This document shows positions 29,178 to 38,170 of a DNA stretch of 64,000 nt, piece by piece. Source of the stretch: Chitinophagaceae bacterium (GTDB lineage Bacteria > Bacteroidota > Bacteroidia > Chitinophagales > Chitinophagaceae); assembly GCA_036675565.1 (NCBI GenBank), contig JAKFER010000047.1, positions 105,756 through 169,755 on the forward strand. Reading direction: 5' to 3'. The stretch's first letter is position 1. Each line of letters begins with the position of its first letter. Under the pieces are notes generated by a model that saw nothing but the letters and a program-made list of their open reading frames with translations, searched no databases and was not told the origin of the DNA. The position numbers and the translations under genes are program-made.

Positions 29178-30542
29178 TCATTTCAAATGCGGACTTTCGA
29201 ATCCCAATTTTTTTAATCCTGTTTTTATCTCAGGGCTACTCATAAACAGGTCCCATATAAAACCGGTTTTATGATTTTCCATCATCACAACAATAGGCCC
29301 CTGGTCAATGGCTAAATATCTTTGTGGATGCCAATTGGCTGTTTCGCTGAATGCATCATAAAAACCATATGGTCCCCATAGGCTGTCTTTTTTGGCTGTA
29401 TACCAGTGATGCATAGCCGCCATTGATTCTTTGGGAGTATACGGCATAGATGCAAGAGCGGCTGTTGGAGCGATTACACCAAGGTCTCTTTTTTCCCCCG
29501 GTGCATGGCCTGCGTAACCCCTGACGGAATAGCTGGATGTAAGTCCCCAACTATTTGGTCCGTAACCTTTGTAACCTAATTTGTTTTCAACACACCAGTT
29601 ATAATTTATCAGTGCCTGGTTTTGATTTTCTTTCCAATAATCAGCATACTGATCTTTCAATCCACGCGGATCAAGCCCCAAATAAGAATAGTGTGCCCAA
29701 AACAAAGGGCCACCATATTCTTCCGCGCCATTATGTTTTAACTGTAATGGATAACCGTATTTTGTTGTACTTCCTTTGATGGCTCCATTCTTTGCCCAGC
29801 CTTCATGATACACTTCCGCAGGCACAGCATGTGTTGGAGAAGATGCAGCAAGTACATACATGATCAGGCATTCATTGTAACCGCTCACCGGGAAATTCAT
29901 TCGCCATGCATGGTTTGGGCTCCAATGCCAGTACAATGTATTTTGCCCGTTCCTATACCAGTTAAAATCAACTGCACGCCAAAGATCATCTGCCCGTTTA
30001 GCTATTGCTTTCTCCTGTGCGGTTCCATTTTGCAGGTATTGTCTAACACATAATAATCCCTGCAGCATGAAAGAAGTTTCAACTAAATCGCCTCCATCAT
30101 CATAGCGACTGAAAGGTTTTGTCTTTCCTGTTTCGCCATTCCACCAATGTGGCCAAACACCATGGTAAGTATCAGCAGTTTCCAAAAAATTCATAATTCT
30201 TTCTAATCTCTCCAATCCTTGTTCCCTGGTTATCCATCCTCTTTCCATTCCAATTAAAATAGCCATTACGCCAAATCCACCACCACCACTGGTTACTACC
30301 ATTTTATCATTTTGCGGGTACACGCCATCCACATGAAATCTTTCCCTGGCTAAACCACTGTTTGGTTCAGCGCCATCCCAGAAATACTGAAAGGTTCCTT
30401 TTTGTATAGCCGTATAAATGCTGTCCATATCCGCAGGTATTGCATTAATTGTTTTGGCGGAAGTAGTTTTGGGAGGGTTGCTGCATGCATGTAAAAAGAT
30501 CATGTAAATAAAAATGGCTGGCAGAAAAAAAATTTGTCTCAT
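29178..30542 (-). CDS. GH144-like (PF10091 'glucoamylase-like') candidate endo-beta-1,2-glucanase; lipoprotein
   Basis: Lipobox LHAC. FQYFWDGAEPNSGLARER and later (alpha/alpha)6-type W-rich blocks resemble the family that includes Chitinophaga endo-beta-1,2-glucanase. Family assignment is from memory, not from a search. Confidence 0.6.
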   Translation of the reverse strand: MRQIFFLPAIFIYMIFLHACSNPPKTTSAKTINAIPADMDSIYTAIQKGTFQYFWDGAEPNSGLARERFHVDGVYPQNDKMVVTSGGGGFGVMAILIGMERGWITREQGLERLERIMNFLETADTYHGVWPHWWNGETGKTKPFSRYDDGGDLVETSFMLQGLLCVRQYLQNGTAQEKAIAKRADDLWRAVDFNWYRNGQNTLYWHWSPNHAWRMNFPVSGYNECLIMYVLAASSPTHAVPAEVYHEGWAKNGAIKGSTTKYGYPLQLKHNGAEEYGGPLFWAHYSYLGLDPRGLKDQYADYWKENQNQALINYNWCVENKLGYKGYGPNSWGLTSSYSVRGYAGHAPGEKRDLGVIAPTAALASMPYTPKESMAAMHHWYTAKKDSLWGPYGFYDAFSETANWHPQRYLAIDQGPIVVMMENHKTGFIWDLFMSSPEIKTGLKKLGFESPHLK

Positions 30543-30589
30543 GGCGTATGATTTTTTCTAGATGTATAAGCAATCAGGTTTTTATGTCA

Positions 30590-32269
30590 TTAAAGATTGG
30601 GACTTTGAAAACCAAGATTTGTCATTCCTGTTTTTATTTCCGGCGCACTCATAAACAGATCCCAAATAAGTCCTGTACGATAATTTTCAATCATTAAAAT
30701 GATTGGTCCCTGGTCAATAGCCAGGAATGAATTGGCAAACCATTGGTCATGCAGGGAAAACGCATCTACAAATCCATACTCTTTCCATAGTTTATCGCCC
30801 AGAACATAATAATAAAATTTCAATGAGGCCATAGATTGATCAGGTGTATACGGAAAAGATGATAAGGCGGCTGTTGGTGCAATAACGCCTACATCATTTG
30901 TTGGCGAACTGGCCGTATAACCATTTTGAATATCACTGGCCGTAAGTCCCCAAACTGAATCACTGTAACCAAAATAATTTTTAGGATTTGATTGGATGTA
31001 TTTATAATTTATCAGTGCATGGTTTGTATTCTGTTGCCAGTAGTCGGCATAAGCATCGGTAAGATCTTTTGGATTAATTCCTAGAAATGAATAATGGGAA
31101 AAGAAAAGCGGGCCGCCCTGTGCAGGGCCTAACGGTAATGTATGGCCGTAATACGTGTTTCCATTCTTCATGCTGCCATTAGATGCCCAGCCATTATCAT
31201 ATACGGATTTTGGAATGGCATGGGTAGGGGATGATGCAGCCAGTACATAGGTTATTAAACTTTCGTTCCAGCCTGTAATTTTGTGATTCATTTCCCAGCC
31301 ATAATTCGGGCTCCAGTGCCAGTATAAAACATCTTCATTATTCTTCCTGAACCAGTCCCATTCCACGCGGTGCCAAATGGTGTTAATGTCGTTGCGTAAG
31401 GCAGTTTCGGCTGCATCATTACTATTAAAATACTGGCGGGCTGTTAATAATCCGGCCACGAGGAAAGAAGTTTCAACCAAATCCGCTCCATCATCTTTAG
31501 CACTGAAAGGGATTACAACTCCTGTATTACCATTTAACCAATGCGGGAATGCGCCATGAAAATGTTGTGCGGTATTTTTTAAAAATCCAACAATTTTTTG
31601 CAATCTTTCAAGGCCCTGGGCACGGGAAATAAAATTTCGTTCAATCGCTACCGGTAGTGCCATGATACCAAAACCAGAGCCACCAGTTGTAACCAGGTCG
31701 CCGGAGGTATTTCTTTCTCTCGCCAGCCCGCTGTTTGGATGCGCAAAGTCCCAGAAATATTTAAATGTTTGTTGTTGTACGAGAGTTAATAAAGCAGCGT
31801 TGCTAATGATAGGAAACTTATAGGTTGAATCAAGTCTGGTAAGAAATGAAAAAATGACCGGGGTTTGTAATTTTCCTCCCGACTTTGATTGCAATCCCGT
31901 TGTTATTGAAATGTTGTGCCGGGTAAGATATTTTAATGGTGCATTTGGGGCGATCACAATAGTACTATCGCCGTTTTCCAGTTTGGTATTAAATCCAATG
32001 CTTGTTCCTGTTTTATCAGTAAACGAGATGTTTTGCTGAACGGAATTGTTTTGTATAGGTGCTTTAAATTTTATTTTAATTGAAGGAGAAACATTTGTAT
32101 TTCTATACTCTGATAAATTGTTTACCCCATCAACGCTGGTTGATTGCATGCCAAAAGATACAGGAGCTGGTGGAGGCGGAGCAGGATCAGGTTCTGATGA
32201 ACTTTTAGAACAGTTCAAAAAGACCAGGCAGATAAAGCAATGGATTATTATAATATGTAAACTTTTCAT
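30590..32269 (-). CDS. GH144-like paralogue with an N-terminal Ig-like domain; lipoprotein
   Basis: Lipobox LNCS, a ~140-aa Ig-like N-domain, then a region colinear with 29178-30542 (FKYFWDFAHPNSGLARER ... AIDQGPII(L/V)M(I/M)EN(Y/H)(R/K)TG(L/F)IWDLFMS(A/S)PEIKTG). Confidence 0.6.
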   Translation of the reverse strand: MKSLHIIIIHCFICLVFLNCSKSSSEPDPAPPPPAPVSFGMQSTSVDGVNNLSEYRNTNVSPSIKIKFKAPIQNNSVQQNISFTDKTGTSIGFNTKLENGDSTIVIAPNAPLKYLTRHNISITTGLQSKSGGKLQTPVIFSFLTRLDSTYKFPIISNAALLTLVQQQTFKYFWDFAHPNSGLARERNTSGDLVTTGGSGFGIMALPVAIERNFISRAQGLERLQKIVGFLKNTAQHFHGAFPHWLNGNTGVVIPFSAKDDGADLVETSFLVAGLLTARQYFNSNDAAETALRNDINTIWHRVEWDWFRKNNEDVLYWHWSPNYGWEMNHKITGWNESLITYVLAASSPTHAIPKSVYDNGWASNGSMKNGNTYYGHTLPLGPAQGGPLFFSHYSFLGINPKDLTDAYADYWQQNTNHALINYKYIQSNPKNYFGYSDSVWGLTASDIQNGYTASSPTNDVGVIAPTAALSSFPYTPDQSMASLKFYYYVLGDKLWKEYGFVDAFSLHDQWFANSFLAIDQGPIILMIENYRTGLIWDLFMSAPEIKTGMTNLGFQSPNL

Positions 32270-32329
32270 TTTATTATTTATTCATTAATCCACCTATACT
32301 CTAAATCTTCCCTGGATGTAGAATTATTC

Positions 32330-35300
32330 TTAATTATTTAATTGCATAAAAATCATGCTATCGTTATTCCTCGCAATCATTAACAGGTTTCGCTGATCAT
32401 TCATCCTGATCCATTTTAAATCCCTTATCTGGCCTTTTATATTCATTAAATCCTGTTGTGGTATATGTTTGATTTTATTATCCCGGGTTATGGAGAAGAT
32501 TGACAGAGGCTGCGCATCATATCTTCCTTCATAAGGTATCACATCAAAAAAATTTCCTCCTGCTACATATGCTTGTTCTTTTTCTTTGTTAAGGAAAGCT
32601 TTTTGGAATGCAAAAACCGGGGCCATTTGCAATGTTGCGGGAAGATCCTGTATATCAAAATTTCCATTTCCATCCCCATAACAAATAACGGACCCTAATC
32701 TTTCGGCTGTAAATGGTTTTACGGTATCGATCCATCCATAAAATACTTCCTTCATAGGAACACCAGCGTAATCTCCATAAAGTAAATAGTGCTTTCTTAA
32801 GAGAGGGAGTGGCCTCTCTACCTCATCTTTGGCCAGGAACGGGTATTCAGTTCCATTTAATGTATATGATAATAGCTGTTCTGTTTTTCCATTATTATCA
32901 AAATCTCCTACATACATTTTAAGTGGTCCATTTTTACCACTCCAGAATTTATTGTTCCATCCCCAGTTTCCTGCAAGTATGTCTGCATGACCATCACCAT
33001 TTACATCATCTACCAAAACTGTTTGCCAAAGCCCGGTTGATTTATTTATGCTTGTTGATTGAAATTTTCCATTTTTATTTATAAAGATTTGAATAGGCAT
33101 CCATTCACCGGTAACTATCAAATCATTCCATCCATCTTTATTTATGTCATTAAAAGCAGCTGCAGTAACGATACCAATATTTTGCAATGCAATTTTATGC
33201 TGTGGAGCGATTGAAAAATTTCCTCTACCATCATTTAATAACAAGTGTGAGGTTTGGGGAATCCCATAGGCATTGGCATCAGCCAATGTGCCAACAAAAA
33301 TATCCACGTCACCATCATTGTCAATATCTGCAAACGCAACACATGATTTATTTGAAAAAATTCCGGGTAATGATTTTGATTTTATAAAATTACCCTTACC
33401 ATCATTTATATATAAGCGATCTGCAAGGGCAGGATGATTGCCGGTATATTCATTTCCACCACTGACCACATAAAGATCAGGATGCTGATCTCCATTTGCA
33501 TCAAAGAAAACGGCATCAACATCTTCAGCTAACGCATCGTCCGTAAAAACTTTGTTTTCAACTGGTAAAAAGTAGCCATTTCCCTGTTGGATAAATATTA
33601 CGCCGGCTTGCCCTTTTGCACCACATGTATAGATATCATCCAACCCATCACCATTGATATCTGCTATGGCTGTTTTAGGCCCTCTTGTTGATTGTGCATG
33701 TGGAATCAGGTACTGAAAACTAAAATCATCAAAATTATTTTCCAGGTGCTTCCAGGGAAAACTTACCTGCTTTGTAAGGTCTTTGAATAATGATTGATCT
33801 GAAGGAAAAAAAGAGGCATATTCAAAAATAACCGATGCATCTTTTTCATTTACTGTTAAAGGCTTATTTGCCGGAATATTTTTTAACACCTGGTATTTTT
33901 GATTGGGCCACACTACCAGGATGCTGTCAATATTTGACAATGAATCTAATCCAAAATGCAATCGTGCATCAGACGAAGATTGAAAGCCTCTTGTTAACAT
34001 CAGTTGCTGGTATTGCAATCCCGATTTTGTAAAAAGGTATGCCTTTGCACCAATGCCAAAAGTATTCATCCCGTTACCTTTAAGGGAAATTGAAATATTA
34101 TTTTTTGCAGGTGTATTGTTTTTTAAAATAACCGCAGGTGAATTAATAGCGCTGATAACCAGATCGAGATTGCCATCGTTATTTAAATCCGCATAAGCGG
34201 CACCGGTATAAAAACCTTTCATTTTTGAAGTTCCCCAGTCCTCACTAACATCCTTGAATTGCAAGTCGCCATATCCTTTAAATAAAAAGGGGTATGAACT
34301 GCCGTCAGGCATTTTTTCTAAAGCGACCTTATCTAAATTATTATCGCCCGTCATTCTTTTTTGCGATTCAAGACTGGAGACAAATTTTATAAAATCAAGA
34401 TCGACCGGTCGTTGTAAAATGCCACTTGATACAAATAAATCTTTCTTGCCGTCATTATCAAGATCAGCAAACAGCGGCGCCCAGCTCCAGTCTGTTGCAG
34501 AAACGCCGCTCAATAAGGCTGTTTCACTAAAGCTGCTGCCACTTCCATTATTGCGTTGTAAAACGTTTTTCGAGTATTGATGCTGGTAACCGTTATCCGT
34601 AAGTTTTAATTGATATATATCCGGGTTTTCATCGCTTCCATAAGTTTTGAGAATTTTTTCATCAGCAGGAAGCATGTCTACTGTAATAATATCCAGTTGC
34701 CCATCATTATTATAATCGGCAATATCATTACCCATACTGAAACGAGAATAATGTCCGAAAACTTTTGCGCCGGTTTCGGTAAATGTGCCATCGCCATTAT
34801 TGACATAATAATAATCGTTTTCATGAAAATCATTACCTACATATATATCATCCCAACCATCATTATTGATATCCGCTACTGCTAAACCAAGACCATAGCC
34901 TAAACTGCTCTGAAAAATTCCAGCTTCTTTAGAAACTTCAGTAAATTTTTTCACAGTGGAGTTCATATCATTTCGATAAAGCCTGTCTCCGGAAAGCGTA
35001 TCAATCTTTCGCCGGTTGCTTGTATCAACTATATTGGCATGAGGCCTTTCCGAATGATTTAAAAGATAACAATCGAGGTCGCCATCCCGGTCATAATCAA
35101 AAAAAGCAGCCTGCGTTGAAAAACCGGCAAAATCAAGTCCATAGGTAGCTGCACTTTCCGTAAAACTAAGATTGCCATTATTAATAAAAAGCTGGTTATG
35201 ACCTTGCAGGCCATGAACATTACTTACAGCAGAAACATACATATCCAGGTATCCATCACCGTTAACATCCGCCATAGTTACCCCGGAGCACCAGTCAGCA

Positions 35301-35650
35301 TTGCCTGCTACTGCCGCTTTATCTGTTATATCTTCAAACTCAAAATCCCCTTTGTTTAAGTATAGTTTATTTGCACCCTTGTTATTTGAAGTAAAGTATA
35401 TGTCCGTTAAGCCATCATTATTAATATCACCTGTTGCAACGCCACCACCGTTATAGTAATAGATGTAGTAAAGTATATTAAAATTTTCCCGTTGAGGTAA
35501 CTGGTTGGTAAAAGTGATGTTTGTTTTTAAAGAAGGCAGTGATTCGAAAATTGATTTTTTTTTATTGCAATGCGAACAAAGAATGGCTATTAATACAAAT
35601 GCTGGTATGGCTAAATATTTTTTTATATGATTGTTTTTAAAAATAAACAT
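32330..35650 (-). CDS. FG-GAP/VCBS repeat protein with UnbV/ASPIC domain (CRTAC1 family)
   Basis: Many D-x-N-x-DG-x-xD(I/L) FG-GAP/VCBS repeats and a central RGFQSSSDARLHFGL UnbV_ASPIC signature; 1106 aa with a signal/lipobox region. Confidence 0.8.
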   Translation of the reverse strand: MFIFKNNHIKKYLAIPAFVLIAILCSHCNKKKSIFESLPSLKTNITFTNQLPQRENFNILYYIYYYNGGGVATGDINNDGLTDIYFTSNNKGANKLYLNKGDFEFEDITDKAAVAGNADWCSGVTMADVNGDGYLDMYVSAVSNVHGLQGHNQLFINNGNLSFTESAATYGLDFAGFSTQAAFFDYDRDGDLDCYLLNHSERPHANIVDTSNRRKIDTLSGDRLYRNDMNSTVKKFTEVSKEAGIFQSSLGYGLGLAVADINNDGWDDIYVGNDFHENDYYYVNNGDGTFTETGAKVFGHYSRFSMGNDIADYNNDGQLDIITVDMLPADEKILKTYGSDENPDIYQLKLTDNGYQHQYSKNVLQRNNGSGSSFSETALLSGVSATDWSWAPLFADLDNDGKKDLFVSSGILQRPVDLDFIKFVSSLESQKRMTGDNNLDKVALEKMPDGSSYPFLFKGYGDLQFKDVSEDWGTSKMKGFYTGAAYADLNNDGNLDLVISAINSPAVILKNNTPAKNNISISLKGNGMNTFGIGAKAYLFTKSGLQYQQLMLTRGFQSSSDARLHFGLDSLSNIDSILVVWPNQKYQVLKNIPANKPLTVNEKDASVIFEYASFFPSDQSLFKDLTKQVSFPWKHLENNFDDFSFQYLIPHAQSTRGPKTAIADINGDGLDDIYTCGAKGQAGVIFIQQGNGYFLPVENKVFTDDALAEDVDAVFFDANGDQHPDLYVVSGGNEYTGNHPALADRLYINDGKGNFIKSKSLPGIFSNKSCVAFADIDNDGDVDIFVGTLADANAYGIPQTSHLLLNDGRGNFSIAPQHKIALQNIGIVTAAAFNDINKDGWNDLIVTGEWMPIQIFINKNGKFQSTSINKSTGLWQTVLVDDVNGDGHADILAGNWGWNNKFWSGKNGPLKMYVGDFDNNGKTEQLLSYTLNGTEYPFLAKDEVERPLPLLRKHYLLYGDYAGVPMKEVFYGWIDTVKPFTAERLGSVICYGDGNGNFDIQDLPATLQMAPVFAFQKAFLNKEKEQAYVAGGNFFDVIPYEGRYDAQPLSIFSITRDNKIKHIPQQDLMNIKGQIRDLKWIRMNDQRNLLMIARNNDSMIFMQLNN

Positions 35651-35726
35651 ATATAAAAGGCGGAGATACTAAGTAAACAATCTTATCTGGTTAAATAAAA
35701 AATAAAAAGTGTTGACTATGGAAGAT

Positions 35727-35763
35727 AAAAAAATGGGTTGCAAAATTCAGTTGCAACCCATTT
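35727..35763 (-). terminator. Rho-independent terminator between the LamG lipoprotein gene and the VCBS gene of PUL2
   Basis: 13-bp perfect stem, 35731-35743 pairing with 35751-35763 (AAATGGGTTGCAA/TTGCAACCCATTT), 7-nt loop, followed by a T-run on the minus strand. Confidence 0.7.
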
Positions 35764-35780
35764 ATCCTATTCAAAGAAAT

Positions 35781-36632
35781 TTATAATTTATTAGTGTGCA
35801 AGTTGGCTACTTCAGCAGGTGTCAAAGCTTTAGTAAAAATGCGAAACTGATCCAATGCACCATTAAAAGATTTTGCCCATCCCTCAGCACCATGATTTGC
35901 AAGCGTAGGTGAAACCTGGAAAGCAAATGAACCAAGAACAAGACCAGTAACATTTTCCCAAACCAATGGTCCATAATTACCACCACCCAATACTTTTTTA
36001 TTTACGGTGGTTGGTTGACCATCTGCGTATACCGTTAATTCGGAAGTGGCAGCGCTATAGGTTATAGCAATATGCGTCCATTTATTAAGTGCACCGGGTA
36101 TTTTAACTTCTGTCCATTCTTCTCCATTACCACTGGCTACACCTGCATTATACATGTGAACCTTTATAAAAGCTTCAGCACCATTATCAAGATTTTCCAG
36201 GAACACTTCAAAATTTCCCCAAAATTCTGTGCTTTTTGAAATGGCAAACAATCCCTGTGCGCCACCTGTAACAGGTCCCACACCATTCATCCAAAAAGCA
36301 ATCGAGAAACTACCTGGCGATTTTAATGCATCTGGAACTGTTCTAACTACCATATATCCACCCGCTCCTACCTGAGCAGCTTCTCCTTCTGTAACACCGG
36401 GCACAAATGAAATACTTGTTGCTGAAGTAGATAATCTTAATTCACCAGTATCCCTGGTGTCCCCATTAAAATGCCAATAGCTTTTGCTGTCTAATAGAGT
36501 CAACGGCGGTGGAGGTGGATCCAGGATAAGCTCCCCTAAGGCTGGTCTGTCCAGTTTTTGACATGCTGTTAAAAGCAAACCAAACATAATAACCAGGGAG
36601 CATCCAAACAATATTATTTTAGTTGATTTCAT
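35781..36632 (-). CDS. LamG/concanavalin-A-like lectin-fold lipoprotein (SusE/F position)
   Basis: Lipobox LTAC; FSIAFWMNG and ALDQFRIFTKALTPAEV are typical of Laminin_G_3-type domains. It lies directly downstream of SusD. Confidence 0.65.
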   Translation of the reverse strand: MKSTKIILFGCSLVIMFGLLLTACQKLDRPALGELILDPPPPPLTLLDSKSYWHFNGDTRDTGELRLSTSATSISFVPGVTEGEAAQVGAGGYMVVRTVPDALKSPGSFSIAFWMNGVGPVTGGAQGLFAISKSTEFWGNFEVFLENLDNGAEAFIKVHMYNAGVASGNGEEWTEVKIPGALNKWTHIAITYSAATSELTVYADGQPTTVNKKVLGGGNYGPLVWENVTGLVLGSFAFQVSPTLANHGAEGWAKSFNGALDQFRIFTKALTPAEVANLHTNKL

Positions 36633-36657
36633 ATTTTTCAGTTTTGAAATTTAAATT

Positions 36658-38160
36658 TTAATAATTCGGGTTTTGTATTAAAATACCACCTGATTTATCA
36701 ATTTCTTCTTGAGGGATGGGTAGCAATCGATGTTTGAGTTGGTAACCCGGGCTACCCGAAGCCGGTAATACAGTGATATCAATACCCCATCTTACTAAAT
36801 CCCAAAATCTGGATTCCTCCATAGCCATTTCAACAAAACGTTCATGCCGGATGGCTTGTCTTAATGCATCCTGGTCTGTTGTTGTAACTGGTGGAAGGAT
36901 GGTATTGTTGTTTCCCCTGGCTCTTGCTCTTACCATTTCAAGCCATGCTAATGCTTCGGTCGTATTTTGCGTGCCTCCCAACTCATTAGCCGCTTCGGCA
37001 GCCATTAGTAATACATCGGCATAGCGCAATATTCTATGATTCATCCACCTGCCGAACCGGCTGTTTAAAGCTACCCTGTCTGCAGGATTTGTATATATTT
37101 TTTTGTTCCAATAAGGCCTTGCAATCGTTGGCTGTGGAGGAACTGTTTCACCAAACAGTGGATCTGTTTGACCAGAGTATAATATGGTTGCATCCTTACG
37201 AGGATCTCCGGTTTCATATTCATCTACGAGTTTTTGAGTAGGCACATTCCAGCCCCAACCCAGATCCCATGCTCCTGCACCTCTTACTCCCTGCACGTTG
37301 GCGTAAGGAATACCAAGATCTAATGCTGGTCTGAAAATCGCCTGTATCTCGAAAATAGATTCAGGACCATTTTCACCTGTATGCCTGAATTGACTGCCAT
37401 AATTGGAAACCAAACCATACTTGTTTAATGCTATTACGCTTTTTGCGGAAGTTAGTGCTGCAGCCCAGTTATTCCGCCATAAATGCGTTTGAGCCTGCAG
37501 TGTTAACGCAGCTCCTTTTGTCAATCGACCGGTATATTGCGCATCCCAATCCTGGGGTAATACAGAAGTAGCTTCCATTAAATCCTGGTCAATCAATGTA
37601 AAGATCTCGTTTGATGTAGATTTTGGAATATTTACCTGCGCTGCATCAGTCACTTTAAAATCTACTAAAGGAACTTCACCAAAAGAACGGACCAGGTTAA
37701 AAAAAGCATAGGCACGTAAAAATTTGGCTTCAGCTTTATTGATCAAAGTGTTTTGATCTGTAGCTCCAATGGAATCTATGTCATCAATAATAGCATTGGC
37801 AGCAATGATTACTGCATAATGATTGGTCCAGTATGTCTGTATCAAACCATTACTTTTATCATACTGAAAATCATCAAACATCTGCCCATGATTGGCGCCA
37901 TCTGCCTGTGTACTTCCTTTTTCAGATTCATCTGATCGGAAGCTGTGGACAGCTAAATAATGAATGGAGTTAAACCCATCCGTTCTCAATAAGGAATAAA
38001 GTGCAAAAACTTTACTATCAAATGATCCTGCCGGAACATCTTCATCAATATATCGACCTAATGGCTGGCGGTCCAGGAAATCCTTTTTACAGGATGAAAT
38101 TCCGATCAGCAAGACCACCATTGGTAATAAGCTCCATTTTAAATAATATATTTTTTTCAT
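36658..38160 (-). CDS. SusD/RagB family lipoprotein
   Basis: Lipobox ISSC; LRAYAFFNLVRSFG and RHERFVEMAMEESRFWDLVRWG signature regions. Confidence 0.9.
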   Translation of the reverse strand: MKKIYYLKWSLLPMVVLLIGISSCKKDFLDRQPLGRYIDEDVPAGSFDSKVFALYSLLRTDGFNSIHYLAVHSFRSDESEKGSTQADGANHGQMFDDFQYDKSNGLIQTYWTNHYAVIIAANAIIDDIDSIGATDQNTLINKAEAKFLRAYAFFNLVRSFGEVPLVDFKVTDAAQVNIPKSTSNEIFTLIDQDLMEATSVLPQDWDAQYTGRLTKGAALTLQAQTHLWRNNWAAALTSAKSVIALNKYGLVSNYGSQFRHTGENGPESIFEIQAIFRPALDLGIPYANVQGVRGAGAWDLGWGWNVPTQKLVDEYETGDPRKDATILYSGQTDPLFGETVPPQPTIARPYWNKKIYTNPADRVALNSRFGRWMNHRILRYADVLLMAAEAANELGGTQNTTEALAWLEMVRARARGNNNTILPPVTTTDQDALRQAIRHERFVEMAMEESRFWDLVRWGIDITVLPASGSPGYQLKHRLLPIPQEEIDKSGGILIQNPNY

Positions 38161-38170
38161 ACTAAGAAAT

